Positions 45,354-55,851 are shown, counted from the stretch's first letter. The stretch is DNA of 64,000 bases from an uncultured Actinomycetes bacterium (GCA_963847665.1 CAWKAO010000003.1:638309-702308), one strand, 5' to 3'. Translations and numbers: made by a program. Notes: a model not told the origin generated them from the letters alone.

Positions 45354-47944
45354 ATTTTGAAAAATTTACAGTAAAGGCACAGGAAGCGATAGCAAATTCC
45401 CAGGTAATAGCTTCTGAGAACGGCCATCAGACAATAGAGGATTTTCATCTGGCCAGGGCCCTTCTTGATCAGCAGGATGGAGTAGTCATCCCGGTCATTA
45501 AAAAAATGGAAATAAATATAGAAGATCTTAATTCAAAGATCGATGGGTTTATTAAGGACTTTCATAAAGTGACCGGGCAGAACGTCCAGGTATTTATGAG
45601 CCCTGAAATGAACAATATATTAAACAATTCTTTCAAGGAAGCTGAAAAACTAAAAGATGAATACGTAAGTACAGAGCATCTGCTTATTGCACTATCAGCC
45701 AGTTCCGGAAAAATAGGTCAACTGCTAAAACAATATGGCGTCTCAAGGGATTCAATATATAAGATCTTGCAGCAAATAAGGGGAAACCAGAGGGTCACGG
45801 ACCAGAATCCGGAAGACAAATACCAGGCACTTCAGAGATTCGGCAAGGATATTACCGAACTTGCAAGGAAACAAAAACTTGACCCTGTGATCGGCCGTGA
45901 TGATGAAATAAGAAGAGTCATCCAGGTCCTTTCAAGAAGGACAAAAAACAATCCTGTGCTCATCGGTGACCCTGGCGTGGGTAAGACTGCGATAGTGGAA
46001 GGGCTTGCCCAGAGAATAGTCTCGGGCGACATTCCGGAGGGCCTGAGGGACAAAAAAGTCGTGGCAATAGATATGGGAGCTATGCTGGCCGGTGCTAAAT
46101 ACAGGGGGGAATTCGAAGACAGGTTAAAAGCTGTGTTAAAAGAGGTCACAAGATCTGAAGGTAAAATAATAGTGTTTCTTGATGAACTTCACACGATCGT
46201 CGGGGCAGGTGCAGCTGAAGGTGCAGTGGATGCTGCAAATATGTTAAAACCAATGCTTGCAAGGGGGGAACTCCATGCAATAGGCGCCACAACCCTTGAT
46301 GAATACCGTAAATATATAGAAAAAGATGCAGCACTTGAGAGACGTTTCCAGCCTGTTATGATAAATGAGCCATCGATAGAAGATACCATATCTATACTGA
46401 GAGGGTTAAAAGAAAAGTACGAGGTCCACCACGGTGTCCGTATAAAGGATTCTGCGCTGATAGCAGCAGCAATGCTTTCAGAAAGGTACATTGCTGACAG
46501 ATTCTTACCGGATAAGGCAATAGACCTTATCGATGAAGCTGCATCAAGGCTCAGGATAGAGATAGACAGCCTTCCTACAGAGATAGATGAGATTGAAAGA
46601 AAAATAAAACAGTTGGAGATTGAGGAACAGGCGTTAAAGAAAGAGAAAGACAAGGCTTCCAAAGACAGGATGGAGAAAATAAAGAAAGAGCTTTCTGACC
46701 TTGGTGAAAAAAGTTCAGCAATGAAAGCTCACTGGCTCCAGGAAAAGGAATCGATAAGCAATATAAGAAAACTTAAAGAAGAGATTGAGAAAGCAAGACT
46801 TGCTGCTGAACAGGCTGAGAGGGATGCGGACCTGGCAAAAGCTGCTGAACTTAAATACGGCAAACTCATGGAATTGAACAAGAGCCTTGAAGGTGAAAAT
46901 AAAAAACTTGAAGATCTTCAAAAAGGCCAGAAAATGCTTAAAGAGGAAGTGGATGAGGAAGACATTGCTGAGACTGTCTCAAAATGGACAGGTATACCGG
47001 TCTCAAGGCTTGTCGAGGGTGAGATCGAAAAACTTATCCATATGGAGGAAAGGCTGCAGCAGAGGGTTGTCGGACAGGACGATGCCATAAAGGTCATCTC
47101 AGATGCCATCAGAAGGGCAAGGGCAGGATTACAGGACCCAAACAGACCCATAGGCTCATTTATTTTTGTAGGGCCGACCGGTGTAGGAAAAACCGAACTG
47201 GCAAGGGCTCTAGCAGAATTCCTGTTTGATGACGAGCATGCAATGATCAGGATCGATATGTCCGAATATATGGAAAAACATACTGTTTCAAGGTTAATAG
47301 GAGCCCCTCCAGGTTATGTTGGTTATGACGAAGGCGGTTATCTTACTGAAGCAGTCAGAAGAAAACCCTACAGTGTTATACTGCTTGATGAGATCGAGAA
47401 GGCACATTCAGATGTCTTCAATATCCTTCTTCAGATTATGGATGATGGCCGTCTTACTGATGGTCATGGAAGGACAGTTGATTTTAAAAATGCATTGATT
47501 GTCATGACTTCAAATATTGGAAGCCAGTGGATAGTCGAACTCGGTCAAAAAGATGAAAAAGAGATGGAAAAAAGAATAAACGAAGCAATGAGATCTAACT
47601 TTAAACCCGAGTTTTTAAACAGGGTAGACGATATAGTAATTTTTCACAGGCTGGGAATAGACGAGATAAAGAAGATCGTGGACATCCAGATCCTTAAATT
47701 AAAGGAAATGCTCAAAGGAAAAAAGCTTGAACTGGAAATAACAGATCCTGCAAAAGAGCTGCTGGCAAAAGAGGGTTTTGATCCTGTATATGGCGCAAGG
47801 CCTTTAAAGAGAGTGATACAGAACGACGTGCAAAATATTCTTGCAATGAAAATACTAAACGGTGAGATCAAAGAAGGCAACAAAATAAAGATAGATGTAA
47901 CAGGTCCCCAGGGGAAAAAGCTTGATTTTCTGGTGGTCAGGTAA
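45350..47944 (+). CDS. clpB: ATP-dependent chaperone ClpB
   Basis: 864 aa. Two AAA+ modules ([16 protein letters not shown]) separated by the long coiled-coil middle domain. ATGA overlap with the upstream gene. Confidence 0.95.
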   Translation: MNFEKFTVKAQEAIANSQVIASENGHQTIEDFHLARALLDQQDGVVIPVIKKMEINIEDLNSKIDGFIKDFHKVTGQNVQVFMSPEMNNILNNSFKEAEKLKDEYVSTEHLLIALSASSGKIGQLLKQYGVSRDSIYKILQQIRGNQRVTDQNPEDKYQALQRFGKDITELARKQKLDPVIGRDDEIRRVIQVLSRRTKNNPVLIGDPGVGKTAIVEGLAQRIVSGDIPEGLRDKKVVAIDMGAMLAGAKYRGEFEDRLKAVLKEVTRSEGKIIVFLDELHTIVGAGAAEGAVDAANMLKPMLARGELHAIGATTLDEYRKYIEKDAALERRFQPVMINEPSIEDTISILRGLKEKYEVHHGVRIKDSALIAAAMLSERYIADRFLPDKAIDLIDEAASRLRIEIDSLPTEIDEIERKIKQLEIEEQALKKEKDKASKDRMEKIKKELSDLGEKSSAMKAHWLQEKESISNIRKLKEEIEKARLAAEQAERDADLAKAAELKYGKLMELNKSLEGENKKLEDLQKGQKMLKEEVDEEDIAETVSKWTGIPVSRLVEGEIEKLIHMEERLQQRVVGQDDAIKVISDAIRRARAGLQDPNRPIGSFIFVGPTGVGKTELARALAEFLFDDEHAMIRIDMSEYMEKHTVSRLIGAPPGYVGYDEGGYLTEAVRRKPYSVILLDEIEKAHSDVFNILLQIMDDGRLTDGHGRTVDFKNALIVMTSNIGSQWIVELGQKDEKEMEKRINEAMRSNFKPEFLNRVDDIVIFHRLGIDEIKKIVDIQILKLKEMLKGKKLELEITDPAKELLAKEGFDPVYGARPLKRVIQNDVQNILAMKILNGEIKEGNKIKIDVTGPQGKKLDFLVVR

Positions 47945-48833
47945 TATTACCCGTATTCTGTATCAGGCCGTCTTCATCAATTTCGTCAGGAAGTAATGCT
48001 CCTGTTTCATCATCATCTGTGATTTTTTCAGAATATAATTTCTCTTTGATGACTGCACCTGTTTTATTTTTTAACTGTTTTTCATTATCGTCCATATATT
48101 CAGCTTCGTCTTTAAGTTCTTTGAATTCTTCCAGAAGTTTATAATTTATTTTTTCTATGATTTCTTTATATGTGTCTTTATCTGTAATTTCTCTAAGTTC
48201 TTCAAGCATGTTTTCAGCTATAGGATCTATAGGATCGCCAATAAAGACATTGATCCTGCTAAAAGTATTTGCGATCAGCGCAAAAATCCCTTCCCAGACG
48301 GGTTTGGCTCCAAGTTTTGAATTTAGGTCCAGACCTTTTCGATTGTTATGGATGTAAACAGGAATAATAGGCAGCCTGGTCTTAAAGCTGAGATACGCAG
48401 CTCCCCCATGAAATTTCCCGAATTTACCGTCTTTGCGTAACTGGCCTTCAGGAAATATTCCAAAAAAGACTTTTTTACTTTTAGTCTTTGAGAATAATTT
48501 CTTAAAGCTGCCAAGATTTTTTGAAAATTCTTCTTTAAAGACCGGGATGCTGTTTGTGAAATTTTTCATAAAAAATGCAGAGAACCTGTTTTTGAATCTT
48601 GCTGCATCCGCAACAAAATATATTTTTTTTCGGAGAGCACCGAGGACTATTATCGGGTCTGCTCCGGTCGTATGGTTGAATGCAAAAATAGCGGATTTAT
48701 TTTCAGGAAGTTTGCCAGCATAATGGACTTTTATTTTCACGACAAACAGCCTGTAGAAATTAATAAAAAGAACCCTGGGTATACTATAAATAATATTCAG
48801 CATCTTATCTTTTAAAGATCTTAAGCTGTTCAT
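47937..48833 (-). CDS. 1-acyl-sn-glycerol-3-phosphate acyltransferase family protein (PlsC-like)
   Basis: HxxxxD acyltransferase motif FNHTTGADP and FPEG block. Acidic C-terminal extension. The 3' end overlaps clpB by 8 nt, convergently. Confidence 0.7.
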   Translation of the reverse strand: MNSLRSLKDKMLNIIYSIPRVLFINFYRLFVVKIKVHYAGKLPENKSAIFAFNHTTGADPIIVLGALRKKIYFVADAARFKNRFSAFFMKNFTNSIPVFKEEFSKNLGSFKKLFSKTKSKKVFFGIFPEGQLRKDGKFGKFHGGAAYLSFKTRLPIIPVYIHNNRKGLDLNSKLGAKPVWEGIFALIANTFSRINVFIGDPIDPIAENMLEELREITDKDTYKEIIEKINYKLLEEFKELKDEAEYMDDNEKQLKNKTGAVIKEKLYSEKITDDDETGALLPDEIDEDGLIQNTGNIT

Positions 48834-48989
48834 AATAGAGATACTCCAAAATAATTTCTTTTTTTATATCACAGTGCCAGCTTACAAGTCAATTATAATA
48901 ACTTCTTATTAAATAGCGTATTTTGACTTGCTACTATATCAGACGAACAGATAAGATAAAGGTTATATTATTATGATTTCTTTTATTTA

Positions 48990-49460
48990 TTAGTATTTAT
49001 TATTGATCTTTGTGAAGATTAAGTCCATATTATCCGGATGGGTGCCCTTCCAGTAATATTTTCTACATTGACTGCAATATTTAAAAGATTTCTGCGTTTT
49101 AAAGACATAGGGAGGTACTTTGTCTTCCACATCTTCTTTTTGGATTTTTTCAAGCAGCGAATTGCAGTCTATGCATCTTATCAGATTGGTTTTAAGGACC
49201 AAGCCCAGCTCATCTTTTACCTGCAGAAGCTGTCCCATAATATCATCTTTATTTATTAGAAGAGATTTAATGACCTTGTTCTTGCAGTCTTTTCTCTCCA
49301 GCATGAGAGTGTCCCTTGTTAGTATTATCCTGTTTTCTTCTTTTGCGATTTTTAATATGGTTTCATCATCATCTTTATTACTGTACAGGACATCATTGCC
49401 AGCCATCCTCAGGTATCTTGCAAGTCTTCCAAGCATGACATCTGCAATAAACTTCTCCAT
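48990..49460 (-). CDS. Mut7-C RNase domain (DUF82) protein
   Basis: FIADVMLGRLARYLRMAGNDVLY and a C-terminal Cys pair pattern (CIDCN...CSQC) typical of the PIN-like plus Zn-ribbon DUF82 family. Confidence 0.7.
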   Translation of the reverse strand: MEKFIADVMLGRLARYLRMAGNDVLYSNKDDDETILKIAKEENRIILTRDTLMLERKDCKNKVIKSLLINKDDIMGQLLQVKDELGLVLKTNLIRCIDCNSLLEKIQKEDVEDKVPPYVFKTQKSFKYCSQCRKYYWKGTHPDNMDLIFTKINNKY

Positions 49461-49648
49461 CAGTCCTCACCGGTAATCTTGACCAAAGTAAATAATAAAT
49501 CAAGGAATAAAATCCTTAATTAATAGTATATAATATATTAAGAATTACTATTATTTATTATTCTTGTCATATTTATTCTGCTGATAAGTGTTTAACCAAC
49601 TTCAGCAAGTAAATGATCTGTAAAATAATAATAAGATAGGAGAAGTCA

Positions 49649-50773
49649 GTGTTTAAATCTTCAATAAAATTATTTACTATCGCCGGAATAGAGATAAGGC
49701 TCGACTACAGCTGGTTCATTATTTTTGCTATCCTTGCATATTATTTTGGTTTTAATTATTTCCCGGCTCTTCTTCCAGGCCTTAACAAGGGATTTATTGC
49801 GCTTATCACAATAATAACAGTGCTCTTATTTTTCAGTTCGGTACTTATCCATGAGTTAAGCCATTCACTTGTTGCAAAAAGCAGGGGCCTGTCGGTCAAA
49901 AGGATATCATTATGGATCTTTGGTGGTATGGCTCAAATAGAAAAAGAACCGGAAAATCCAAAGACTGAACTTTTAATGTCACTCGTCGGTCCCGGTGCAA
50001 GTTTTGTGCTGGCAGGAATATTTGGGCTTGTCTGGTATTTTACCAGGACAATACTACCCCTAAGCGTACCTTCCGGATATCTGGCTACAATAAATCTTGT
50101 ACTTGGTATTTTTAACCTCATTCCAGGTTACCCACTCGATGGGGGCAGAGTCCTTAGATCTATAATCTGGAAAACGACCGGAGACTTGAGAAGAGCTACT
50201 TTTATCGCATCGACAACCGGCAGAGTTTTCGGTTTCATATTGATAGCAGTAGGGATATTTTTCTTTTTCAGAGGCAGCTATTTTAATGGCGTCTGGCTCG
50301 CATTTATAGGATGGTTCCTTCAATCTGCTGCTTATATGAGCTACAGGCAGCTTATATTTGAGATATCTGTAAAAGGTGTAAAAGTGAGGGATATTTTAAA
50401 GGATGATCTGGTAAAAGTGCCCGGTAATATGACTATTGAGGAACTTGTGGATGATTATTTCATGAAGTACAGGTTTTCAAGGTTTCCTATTGTTTCGGAT
50501 AAACACTCAAACAGGATAATAGGCGTAGTCTCGATCCATGACATAAAAGCATTTCCAAAAGAAAAATGGGATTCGGTCACGCTGGGTTCTATTGTAAAGA
50601 CTCTTTCTGAGAATGAAAAAATTAATATCGGCAGTGAGGTCTCCGATGCATTCAGGCAGATGAGCAGCAACAACCTTGGTCATCTTGTTGTCTTTGAAGG
50701 TAACAGGATAAAGGGAATGATAACAAAAACAGACGTGATGAATTACATCAAGTTCTATTCAGATCTTCATTGA
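49649..50773 (+). CDS. site-2 protease family (M50) zinc metalloprotease with tandem CBS domains
   Basis: HELSHSLVA (HExxH), NLIPGYPLDGGR, and two C-terminal CBS-like repeats. Confidence 0.8.
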   Translation: MFKSSIKLFTIAGIEIRLDYSWFIIFAILAYYFGFNYFPALLPGLNKGFIALITIITVLLFFSSVLIHELSHSLVAKSRGLSVKRISLWIFGGMAQIEKEPENPKTELLMSLVGPGASFVLAGIFGLVWYFTRTILPLSVPSGYLATINLVLGIFNLIPGYPLDGGRVLRSIIWKTTGDLRRATFIASTTGRVFGFILIAVGIFFFFRGSYFNGVWLAFIGWFLQSAAYMSYRQLIFEISVKGVKVRDILKDDLVKVPGNMTIEELVDDYFMKYRFSRFPIVSDKHSNRIIGVVSIHDIKAFPKEKWDSVTLGSIVKTLSENEKINIGSEVSDAFRQMSSNNLGHLVVFEGNRIKGMITKTDVMNYIKFYSDLH

Positions 50774-50951
50774 GGCCGTAACCTTGATTTATGAAAGCTG
50801 CTTGATTTCTAAAGGCGATTTATCCTGTAATTTTTTAATAATAATTTAATATTTATTTTACTTTTTTTTAACAAAATTATTCTTCAGGCTGATAGACTTA
50901 CTGGGGATATTTGAGAAACCACAACAAATTATTAGAAAAGGAGAAAATTAT

Positions 50952-51926
50952 ATGGTGACAAAAAGAAGTAAAATATGGTTATGGATTGCTGTTACAGTAG
51001 TAACAGTTTTTCTAGCCATGACTGTTTTTGCAGGCTGTAACCAGACTGCAAAAACTGATACCAAAGCAGCTGAAACTACTATGGCAGCAGAGACTTCTTC
51101 AGTTGAGAGTGAAGGTGCAGAAATGAATTATGATGGACAATCACTTACAATTTCTGGTTCTACAACTCTGCTTGAAGTATGCCTGGCCTGGTCTGAAGCT
51201 TTCATGGCAAAATTTGGTGGAGAGATCAGTGTTAACGGGGGCGGTTCCGGTGTAGGTATTGCTGACGTTATAAATGGCGCTGCAGATATCGGTAATGCTT
51301 CAAGGTCTATTAAGGACTCTGAAAAAGAGGATGCATCTGCAAACGGAGTCAACATTCAGGAATTTACAGTGCTTTTTGATGGTATTTCAGTAGTGACCAG
51401 TGCAAACATCGATGTAGATACTCTGACAATAGAGCAGCTCTCGGGGATATATACCGGTGAGATCACAAACTGGTCAGAAGTAGGCGGTCCTGATGCCGAT
51501 ATAATAGCTGCGGGAAGAGATTCCTCTTCAGGGACTGGCGAGTATTTTCTTGAAAGAGTTCTAACTCTTAATAAGACCAATGAAGACCTTGATTATGGCG
51601 ACAATGTATTAAGGCTTCAGTCAAATTCTGATGTTGCAAACCAGGTCGCTGGGAATGATGACACTATAGGTTATATAGGCCTTGGGTATCTCAAATCTGC
51701 AACTGATGGCGGTGCCAATGTAGTTGCAGTAAAAGATGGAGATGCAGAAGCAGTTTTGCCGAGTGTTGCAACTGTAAAAGATGGATCCTATCCTATTTCA
51801 AGAGGTCTATTTGATTATGTCAATGCTGACAAGTTTTCAGGAATAGCAAAAGCATATATTGATTTCGTTATGAGCCAAGAGGGCCAGGCAATTGGTGAAG
51901 AATCAGGATTTGTTGCTGTGAAATAA
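50952..51926 (+). CDS. pstS: phosphate ABC transporter substrate-binding lipoprotein
   Basis: Lipobox FAGC and the SGSTTL...GGGSGVGI...GNASR pattern of the PstS family. Confidence 0.85.
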   Translation: MVTKRSKIWLWIAVTVVTVFLAMTVFAGCNQTAKTDTKAAETTMAAETSSVESEGAEMNYDGQSLTISGSTTLLEVCLAWSEAFMAKFGGEISVNGGGSGVGIADVINGAADIGNASRSIKDSEKEDASANGVNIQEFTVLFDGISVVTSANIDVDTLTIEQLSGIYTGEITNWSEVGGPDADIIAAGRDSSSGTGEYFLERVLTLNKTNEDLDYGDNVLRLQSNSDVANQVAGNDDTIGYIGLGYLKSATDGGANVVAVKDGDAEAVLPSVATVKDGSYPISRGLFDYVNADKFSGIAKAYIDFVMSQEGQAIGEESGFVAVK

Positions 51927-51993
51927 TACGATAAAGAATAATTAATATATACTGAGAGATCTAAGGAGTTTTCCACCATAGCAAATCAAACAG

Positions 51994-52027
51994 GCAGGGG
52001 TTATGGATAAATATCTGTAACCCCTGC
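51994..52027 (+). terminator. 10-bp GC-rich hairpin downstream of pstS
   Basis: GCAGGGGTTA (51994-52003) and TAACCCCTGC (52018-52027) around a 14-nt loop. No U-tract, so its function is uncertain. Confidence 0.35.
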
Positions 52028-52111
52028 TGGCATTATGCGGGACTGTCAAACTTTGCTATAAGGTATTAAAAGCTGTTTATATGCTGTCTAAACTGGTAGA
52101 ATTATGGACTT

Positions 52112-52978
52112 ATGGAAAAATATAAATCATTTGATGATTACAGGGAAAAGTTAAAGAGTGACCTTTCGATCCGTGTCATCTATACAGATCTTGATGGTAC
52201 ATTGCTCAATGATAAAGGATGCCTGGTTAAAGATGCTGATGAAAATTTCTTCTATGACGGTGCATTGCTACTTGAAAGATTTGAAAAGAAGGGCTGGGAC
52301 CTGGTCCTCGTTTCAGGGAGGAATAAACTACAGCTAAGGTATAATGCGATGCTCATGGGCCTGAAGAATTATATTCCCGAGCTTGGTTGTGAAGTAGTCC
52401 ATGATCTCGGCAAAAAAGTTTATACCACATTTGATAAGGATAATTACCATTATGAGGTGACAAGGGGCGGCAAGGATCTGGTAAAAATAATAGATATATT
52501 AAAAAGGGAGTTCCCGCAAAAAATTGAAAGTAAGCTCGAATGGAGCATGGAGAGATCCTATAATGCACTTTTTTTTGGAGATATCGACCTTGAAAAGGCA
52601 AACAAGCTGCTGCGTGACAATGGGTATGAAGGTCTCTCCCTTGTGGATAATGGTTTTTCCAATCTGCTGAGCGTGGATCTTGATGTAGAGCATCTGAGGA
52701 TCTATAACCTTGTCCCAAAGGGTGTCAATAAAGCAGTTGCCATAAAACTGGACAGAAGATTAAGAAACCTGGATAAAAAAGATTGCATCGCTCTCGGAGA
52801 CTCACCGGAGGACCTGAAGATGGCTGAAGAAGTAGGTGCATTTTTCCTGATGCCGGATGCAGTCAACAGGGATAGTCTCGATATAAAAGAAAGTTTAAAA
52901 AAATATGATAATGTATATATTGTGGGAGAGAGGATGAACCGGGGTTGGACCGAAGTAATGAAGTATTTCCTCGAATAA
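52112..52978 (+). CDS. HAD family hydrolase (Cof/IIB-like)
   Basis: IYTDLDGTLLND (DxD nucleophile motif), VSGRN, and the C-terminal GDSPEDLKM. Confidence 0.7.
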   Translation: MEKYKSFDDYREKLKSDLSIRVIYTDLDGTLLNDKGCLVKDADENFFYDGALLLERFEKKGWDLVLVSGRNKLQLRYNAMLMGLKNYIPELGCEVVHDLGKKVYTTFDKDNYHYEVTRGGKDLVKIIDILKREFPQKIESKLEWSMERSYNALFFGDIDLEKANKLLRDNGYEGLSLVDNGFSNLLSVDLDVEHLRIYNLVPKGVNKAVAIKLDRRLRNLDKKDCIALGDSPEDLKMAEEVGAFFLMPDAVNRDSLDIKESLKKYDNVYIVGERMNRGWTEVMKYFLE

Positions 52979-53032
52979 TCCCAAGGGCTGACTTGCGATA
53001 AGCTTTATATAAATTTATAATACTTAGTTAGT

Positions 53033-53305
53033 ATGGTAAAAAATAGAAACAAAAATTCAAGTGGGAGAATAATAAGAGATATTTTTATTATTAGTATGCT
53101 TTCAGCATTCTCAGGTTTTATACTGGGCCTTATTTTTGCCCCCGAATCCGGAAAGAAATTCAGAAGAAGGATCCTATCACAGTTAAAGGAGGCAGTGGAC
53201 AGAAGCAAGTTTGCTGTAGTTGAAGCCAGAGTAAAAGCAGAAGAGATAATCGATAAAAGCAAGAGCAAATCTGAGGATATTTCTTCTAAAAAATCAATTG
53301 AATAA
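53033..53305 (+). CDS. YtxH domain-containing protein
   Basis: 90 aa. TM segment followed by GLIFAPESGKKFRRRI, typical of YtxH. Confidence 0.6.
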   Translation: MVKNRNKNSSGRIIRDIFIISMLSAFSGFILGLIFAPESGKKFRRRILSQLKEAVDRSKFAVVEARVKAEEIIDKSKSKSEDISSKKSIE

Positions 53306-53322
53306 CGTAAGACTCGTTCTTA

Positions 53323-53351
53323 TTGACATCACTTTTTTACTATAGTAAAAT
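53323..53351 (+). promoter_or_regulatory. sigma-70-like promoter TTGACA-17 nt-TAAAAT for the tRNA array
   Basis: Consensus -35 at 53323-53328, 17-nt spacer, TAAAAT at 53346-53351, 33 nt upstream of tRNA-Lys. Confidence 0.55.
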
Positions 53352-53384
53352 TTGCGTTTGCGTGCCATTGTACCTTCAGAGAGG

Positions 53385-53460
53385 GGGCCGTTAGCTCAGT
53401 TGGTAGAGCACCGGACTTTTAATCCGGGTGTCGAAGGTTCGAATCCTTCACGGCTCACCA
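53385..53460 (+). tRNA. tRNA-Lys (UUU), encoded CCA
   Basis: Manual cloverleaf: acceptor GGGCCGU/ACGGCUC, anticodon stem CCGGA/UCCGG, loop CUUUUAA, T loop UUCGAAU. Confidence 0.9.
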
Positions 53461-53490
53461 TTATATAGGTGTTTTGATTTTTAAATATTC

Positions 53491-53565
53491 GGCCCGTTCG
53501 TCTAGGGGTTAGGACAGCAGATTTTCAATCTGCCAGCAGGAGTTCGATTCTCCTACGGGCTACCA
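53491..53565 (+). tRNA. tRNA-Glu (UUC), encoded CCA
   Basis: Acceptor GGCCCGU/ACGGGCU (G1-U72), anticodon stem GCAGA/UCUGC, loop UUUUCAA, T loop UUCGAUU. Confidence 0.9.
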
Positions 53566-53641
53566 GGGCGATTAGCTCAGCTGGGAGAGCACCTGCCTTA
53601 CAAGCAGGGGGTCGTAGGTTCAAACCCTACATCGCCCACCA
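53566..53641 (+). tRNA. tRNA-Val (UAC), encoded CCA
   Basis: Starts the base after the CCA of tRNA-Glu. Acceptor GGGCGAU/AUCGCCC, anticodon stem CCUGC/GCAGG, loop CUUACAA. Confidence 0.9.
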
Positions 53642-53665
53642 TTTAAAAATTTATGATTTTTTTGC

Positions 53666-53742
53666 GGAGCTGTCGTCTAGTGGTTTAGGACACGTGCCTG
53701 TCACGCACGAGGTCGCGGGTTCGAATCCCGTCAGCTCCGCCA
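53666..53742 (+). tRNA. tRNA-Asp (GUC), encoded CCA
   Basis: Acceptor GGAGCUG/CAGCUCC, anticodon stem CGUGC/GCACG, loop CUGUCAC, discriminator G. Confidence 0.9.
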
Positions 53743-53750
53743 GTAAATTT

Positions 53751-53816
53751 GATTAACATTTAGTTAGGTATGCTGTAAAACATGACAGTGTCATGTTTTA
53801 AGGGATTAACATTTAG
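53751..53816 (+). repeat. 13-nt direct repeats GATTAACATTTAG flanking a 12-bp palindrome
   Basis: DR copies at 53751-53763 and 53804-53816. Palindrome TAAAACATGACA-G-TGTCATGTTTTA at 53776-53800. Located between tRNA-Asp and tRNA-Phe. Confidence 0.8.
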
Positions 53817-53829
53817 CTCTAACAGTTAT

Positions 53830-53905
53830 GGCGAGATAGCTCAGTTGGTAGAGCAGTGGACTGAAAATCCATGTGTCCGCAGTTCAATTCTGCGTCTCGC
53901 CACCA
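53830..53905 (+). tRNA. tRNA-Phe (GAA), encoded CCA
   Basis: Acceptor GGCGAGA/UCUCGCC, anticodon stem GUGGA/UCCAU, loop CUGAAAA, T loop UUCAAUU. Confidence 0.9.
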
Positions 53906-53921
53906 CACTTTTAAATTGCTT

Positions 53922-55109
53922 ATGGACCTTTTTCAAATATTAACAATTATTTTTTCACTTATCACTATTTCCCTCATTGTCTGGTTCTTATTTCTACGGC
54001 AAAGCCAGCATCAACTGATAAAAAAATTAACAGTTGAGCAGGATAAAATAAAGAATGAGCTCCACGACATAATGTCCCTTGAAAAGGCACAGATCAGGAT
54101 GGTAGATGTCATCATCGGTAACTTACCCTATGGTATTCTTATGCTTGATAGCAGTTTAAAAATAGCAAGAATAAATGACAGTGCTGCAAATCTTTTCTAT
54201 CTTGATAAAGAAAAAGCTATTGGCTCAAAGACTATTCTGCTGTTTAACAATAAGAATTTGGAAGACCTGATAGACGGTGCCATAGTTAAAAAGAGCCCCC
54301 AGAAAAAAGAGATATTGTTTTATGGAGATGAGGACACGACTCTTGATGTTGACGTCATACCGCTTGATTTTGAAAACTATTCCCTGCTTATACTCTTTAG
54401 AAATACCACGCAGGAAGTGGAGTTTTCAAAGTTAAGGAGCCAGTTTGTCGCAAACGTATCTCATGAGATGAGGACCCCATTGACTTCAATAAGAGGTTAT
54501 ATCGAAACATCCATAGAAAATGATTTAAAAGATAAAGATAAGATAAAAAAATATCTTATTAAGGCAATGGATGAAGTAGACAGGCTGAGCTACCTGATAG
54601 AGGATGTGCTGAACCTCTCCAATATTGAATACAAGAGAAATGTCATATTAAAACAGAGTTGCGACCTTGTAACTATAATAGATGAATGCATCGAGTCGCT
54701 TTCTTTTTTAGCGGAAAAAAACAGAGTCAAGATAGAATTCAAACATGACACGGACACTATAAGTATATTAACAGATGAAGAATTGACCCAGCAATTATTT
54801 AGCAACCTGCTGGAAAACTCGATTTTTCATGGTGGGAAAGGTATAAATATAAAAATAATATTAGGTCAGAATGACTCAGATGCCACAATTGAAATTATAG
54901 ACAATGGAGTGGGCATCAATAAGAAGGACCTGCCATTTGTTTTCCAGAGATTTTACAGAGGTAAAAATATATTCTCCACACGAAAAATAGGTTCTGGCCT
55001 CGGACTTTCCATTGTCAAACATATCGTTGAGCTTCACAAGGGGAAAATAACTGTTTCCAGTGTACCTGGCAGTGAAACCAGGTTTACGATTATAATACCA
55101 AAGGAATGA
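53922..55109 (+). CDS. sensor histidine kinase (PhoR-like)
   Basis: The ORF-track start 53871 lies inside tRNA-Phe, so ATG 53922 (MDLFQILTIIF, TM helix) is used. H-box SHEMRTPLTSI, N/G boxes, and a PAS-like middle region. Pho context. Confidence 0.8.
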   Translation: MDLFQILTIIFSLITISLIVWFLFLRQSQHQLIKKLTVEQDKIKNELHDIMSLEKAQIRMVDVIIGNLPYGILMLDSSLKIARINDSAANLFYLDKEKAIGSKTILLFNNKNLEDLIDGAIVKKSPQKKEILFYGDEDTTLDVDVIPLDFENYSLLILFRNTTQEVEFSKLRSQFVANVSHEMRTPLTSIRGYIETSIENDLKDKDKIKKYLIKAMDEVDRLSYLIEDVLNLSNIEYKRNVILKQSCDLVTIIDECIESLSFLAEKNRVKIEFKHDTDTISILTDEELTQQLFSNLLENSIFHGGKGINIKIILGQNDSDATIEIIDNGVGINKKDLPFVFQRFYRGKNIFSTRKIGSGLGLSIVKHIVELHKGKITVSSVPGSETRFTIIIPKE

Positions 55110-55131
55110 TACCAGACTACAGGTGTTTAAG

Positions 55132-55851
55132 ATGAAAAAATTGATATATATCGTTGATGATGAAGAGAATATCCTTGAGATCATAAGTTTTAACCTCGAG
55201 AAAAATGGATATGATGTAAAAAGTTTTATTAATGGTAAGACTTTTTTTGAAGAATTCGATTTCAGAAAACCAGATCTCGTCGTACTGGATCTCATGCTAC
55301 CTGATATGGATGGTTATGAAATATGCAAGCAGATAAAAAGAACAGAGACTCTTCCTGTGCTGATATTGAGCGCAAAGGGGGAAGAACTGGATAAAGTGTT
55401 GGGACTTGAACTTGGCGCGGACGATTATATGGTCAAACCTTTCGGTATAAGAGAGCTACTTGCAAGAGTAAAGAACATTTTTAAGCGCACGGAAAGGTTC
55501 CAGAAAGAGATCGAATCAAGACATTTAAAGGAGAAATACATGTTTGAGGAGATCGTACTTACACTTGACGAAGAGAAGCATGAGATATCAATTGATGATG
55601 AAATCATTCTGCTAAATCCGAAAGAGTTTCAGATTCTCTCTGTCCTTTTAAAAAACATAAACAATCTGACTACAAGAGCCGACCTCATAAGGATTGTATG
55701 GGGAGATGACTATTTTGGTGATACAAGGACACTTGATGTCCATATCAGGAGGATAAGGGGAAAAATGTCATTTAAGGGATTTGGAAAATCATTTATCAGA
55801 ACTGTACATGGACTTGGCTATAAAGTAGTAGATTCCATAAAGAAAATTTAA
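55132..55851 (+). CDS. OmpR/PhoB-family response regulator
   Basis: Receiver domain (DDEE, VLDLMLPDMDG, K at MVKPF) plus winged-helix output (TRTLDVHIRRIRGK). ATG 55132 follows AGGTG. Confidence 0.9.
   Translation: MKKLIYIVDDEENILEIISFNLEKNGYDVKSFINGKTFFEEFDFRKPDLVVLDLMLPDMDGYEICKQIKRTETLPVLILSAKGEELDKVLGLELGADDYMVKPFGIRELLARVKNIFKRTERFQKEIESRHLKEKYMFEEIVLTLDEEKHEISIDDEIILLNPKEFQILSVLLKNINNLTTRADLIRIVWGDDYFGDTRTLDVHIRRIRGKMSFKGFGKSFIRTVHGLGYKVVDSIKKI

Noticed and set aside
47937-47944. 8-nt convergent overlap of the clpB and plsC-like 3' ends.
   Set aside because: This is ordinary compact gene packing, with no further signal.
53871-53921. N-terminal extension of the histidine kinase given by the ORF track (MCPQFNSASRHHTFKLL).
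   Set aside because: These codons are the 3' half of tRNA-Phe and its trailer. The TM-helix-encoding ATG at 53922 is the credible start.
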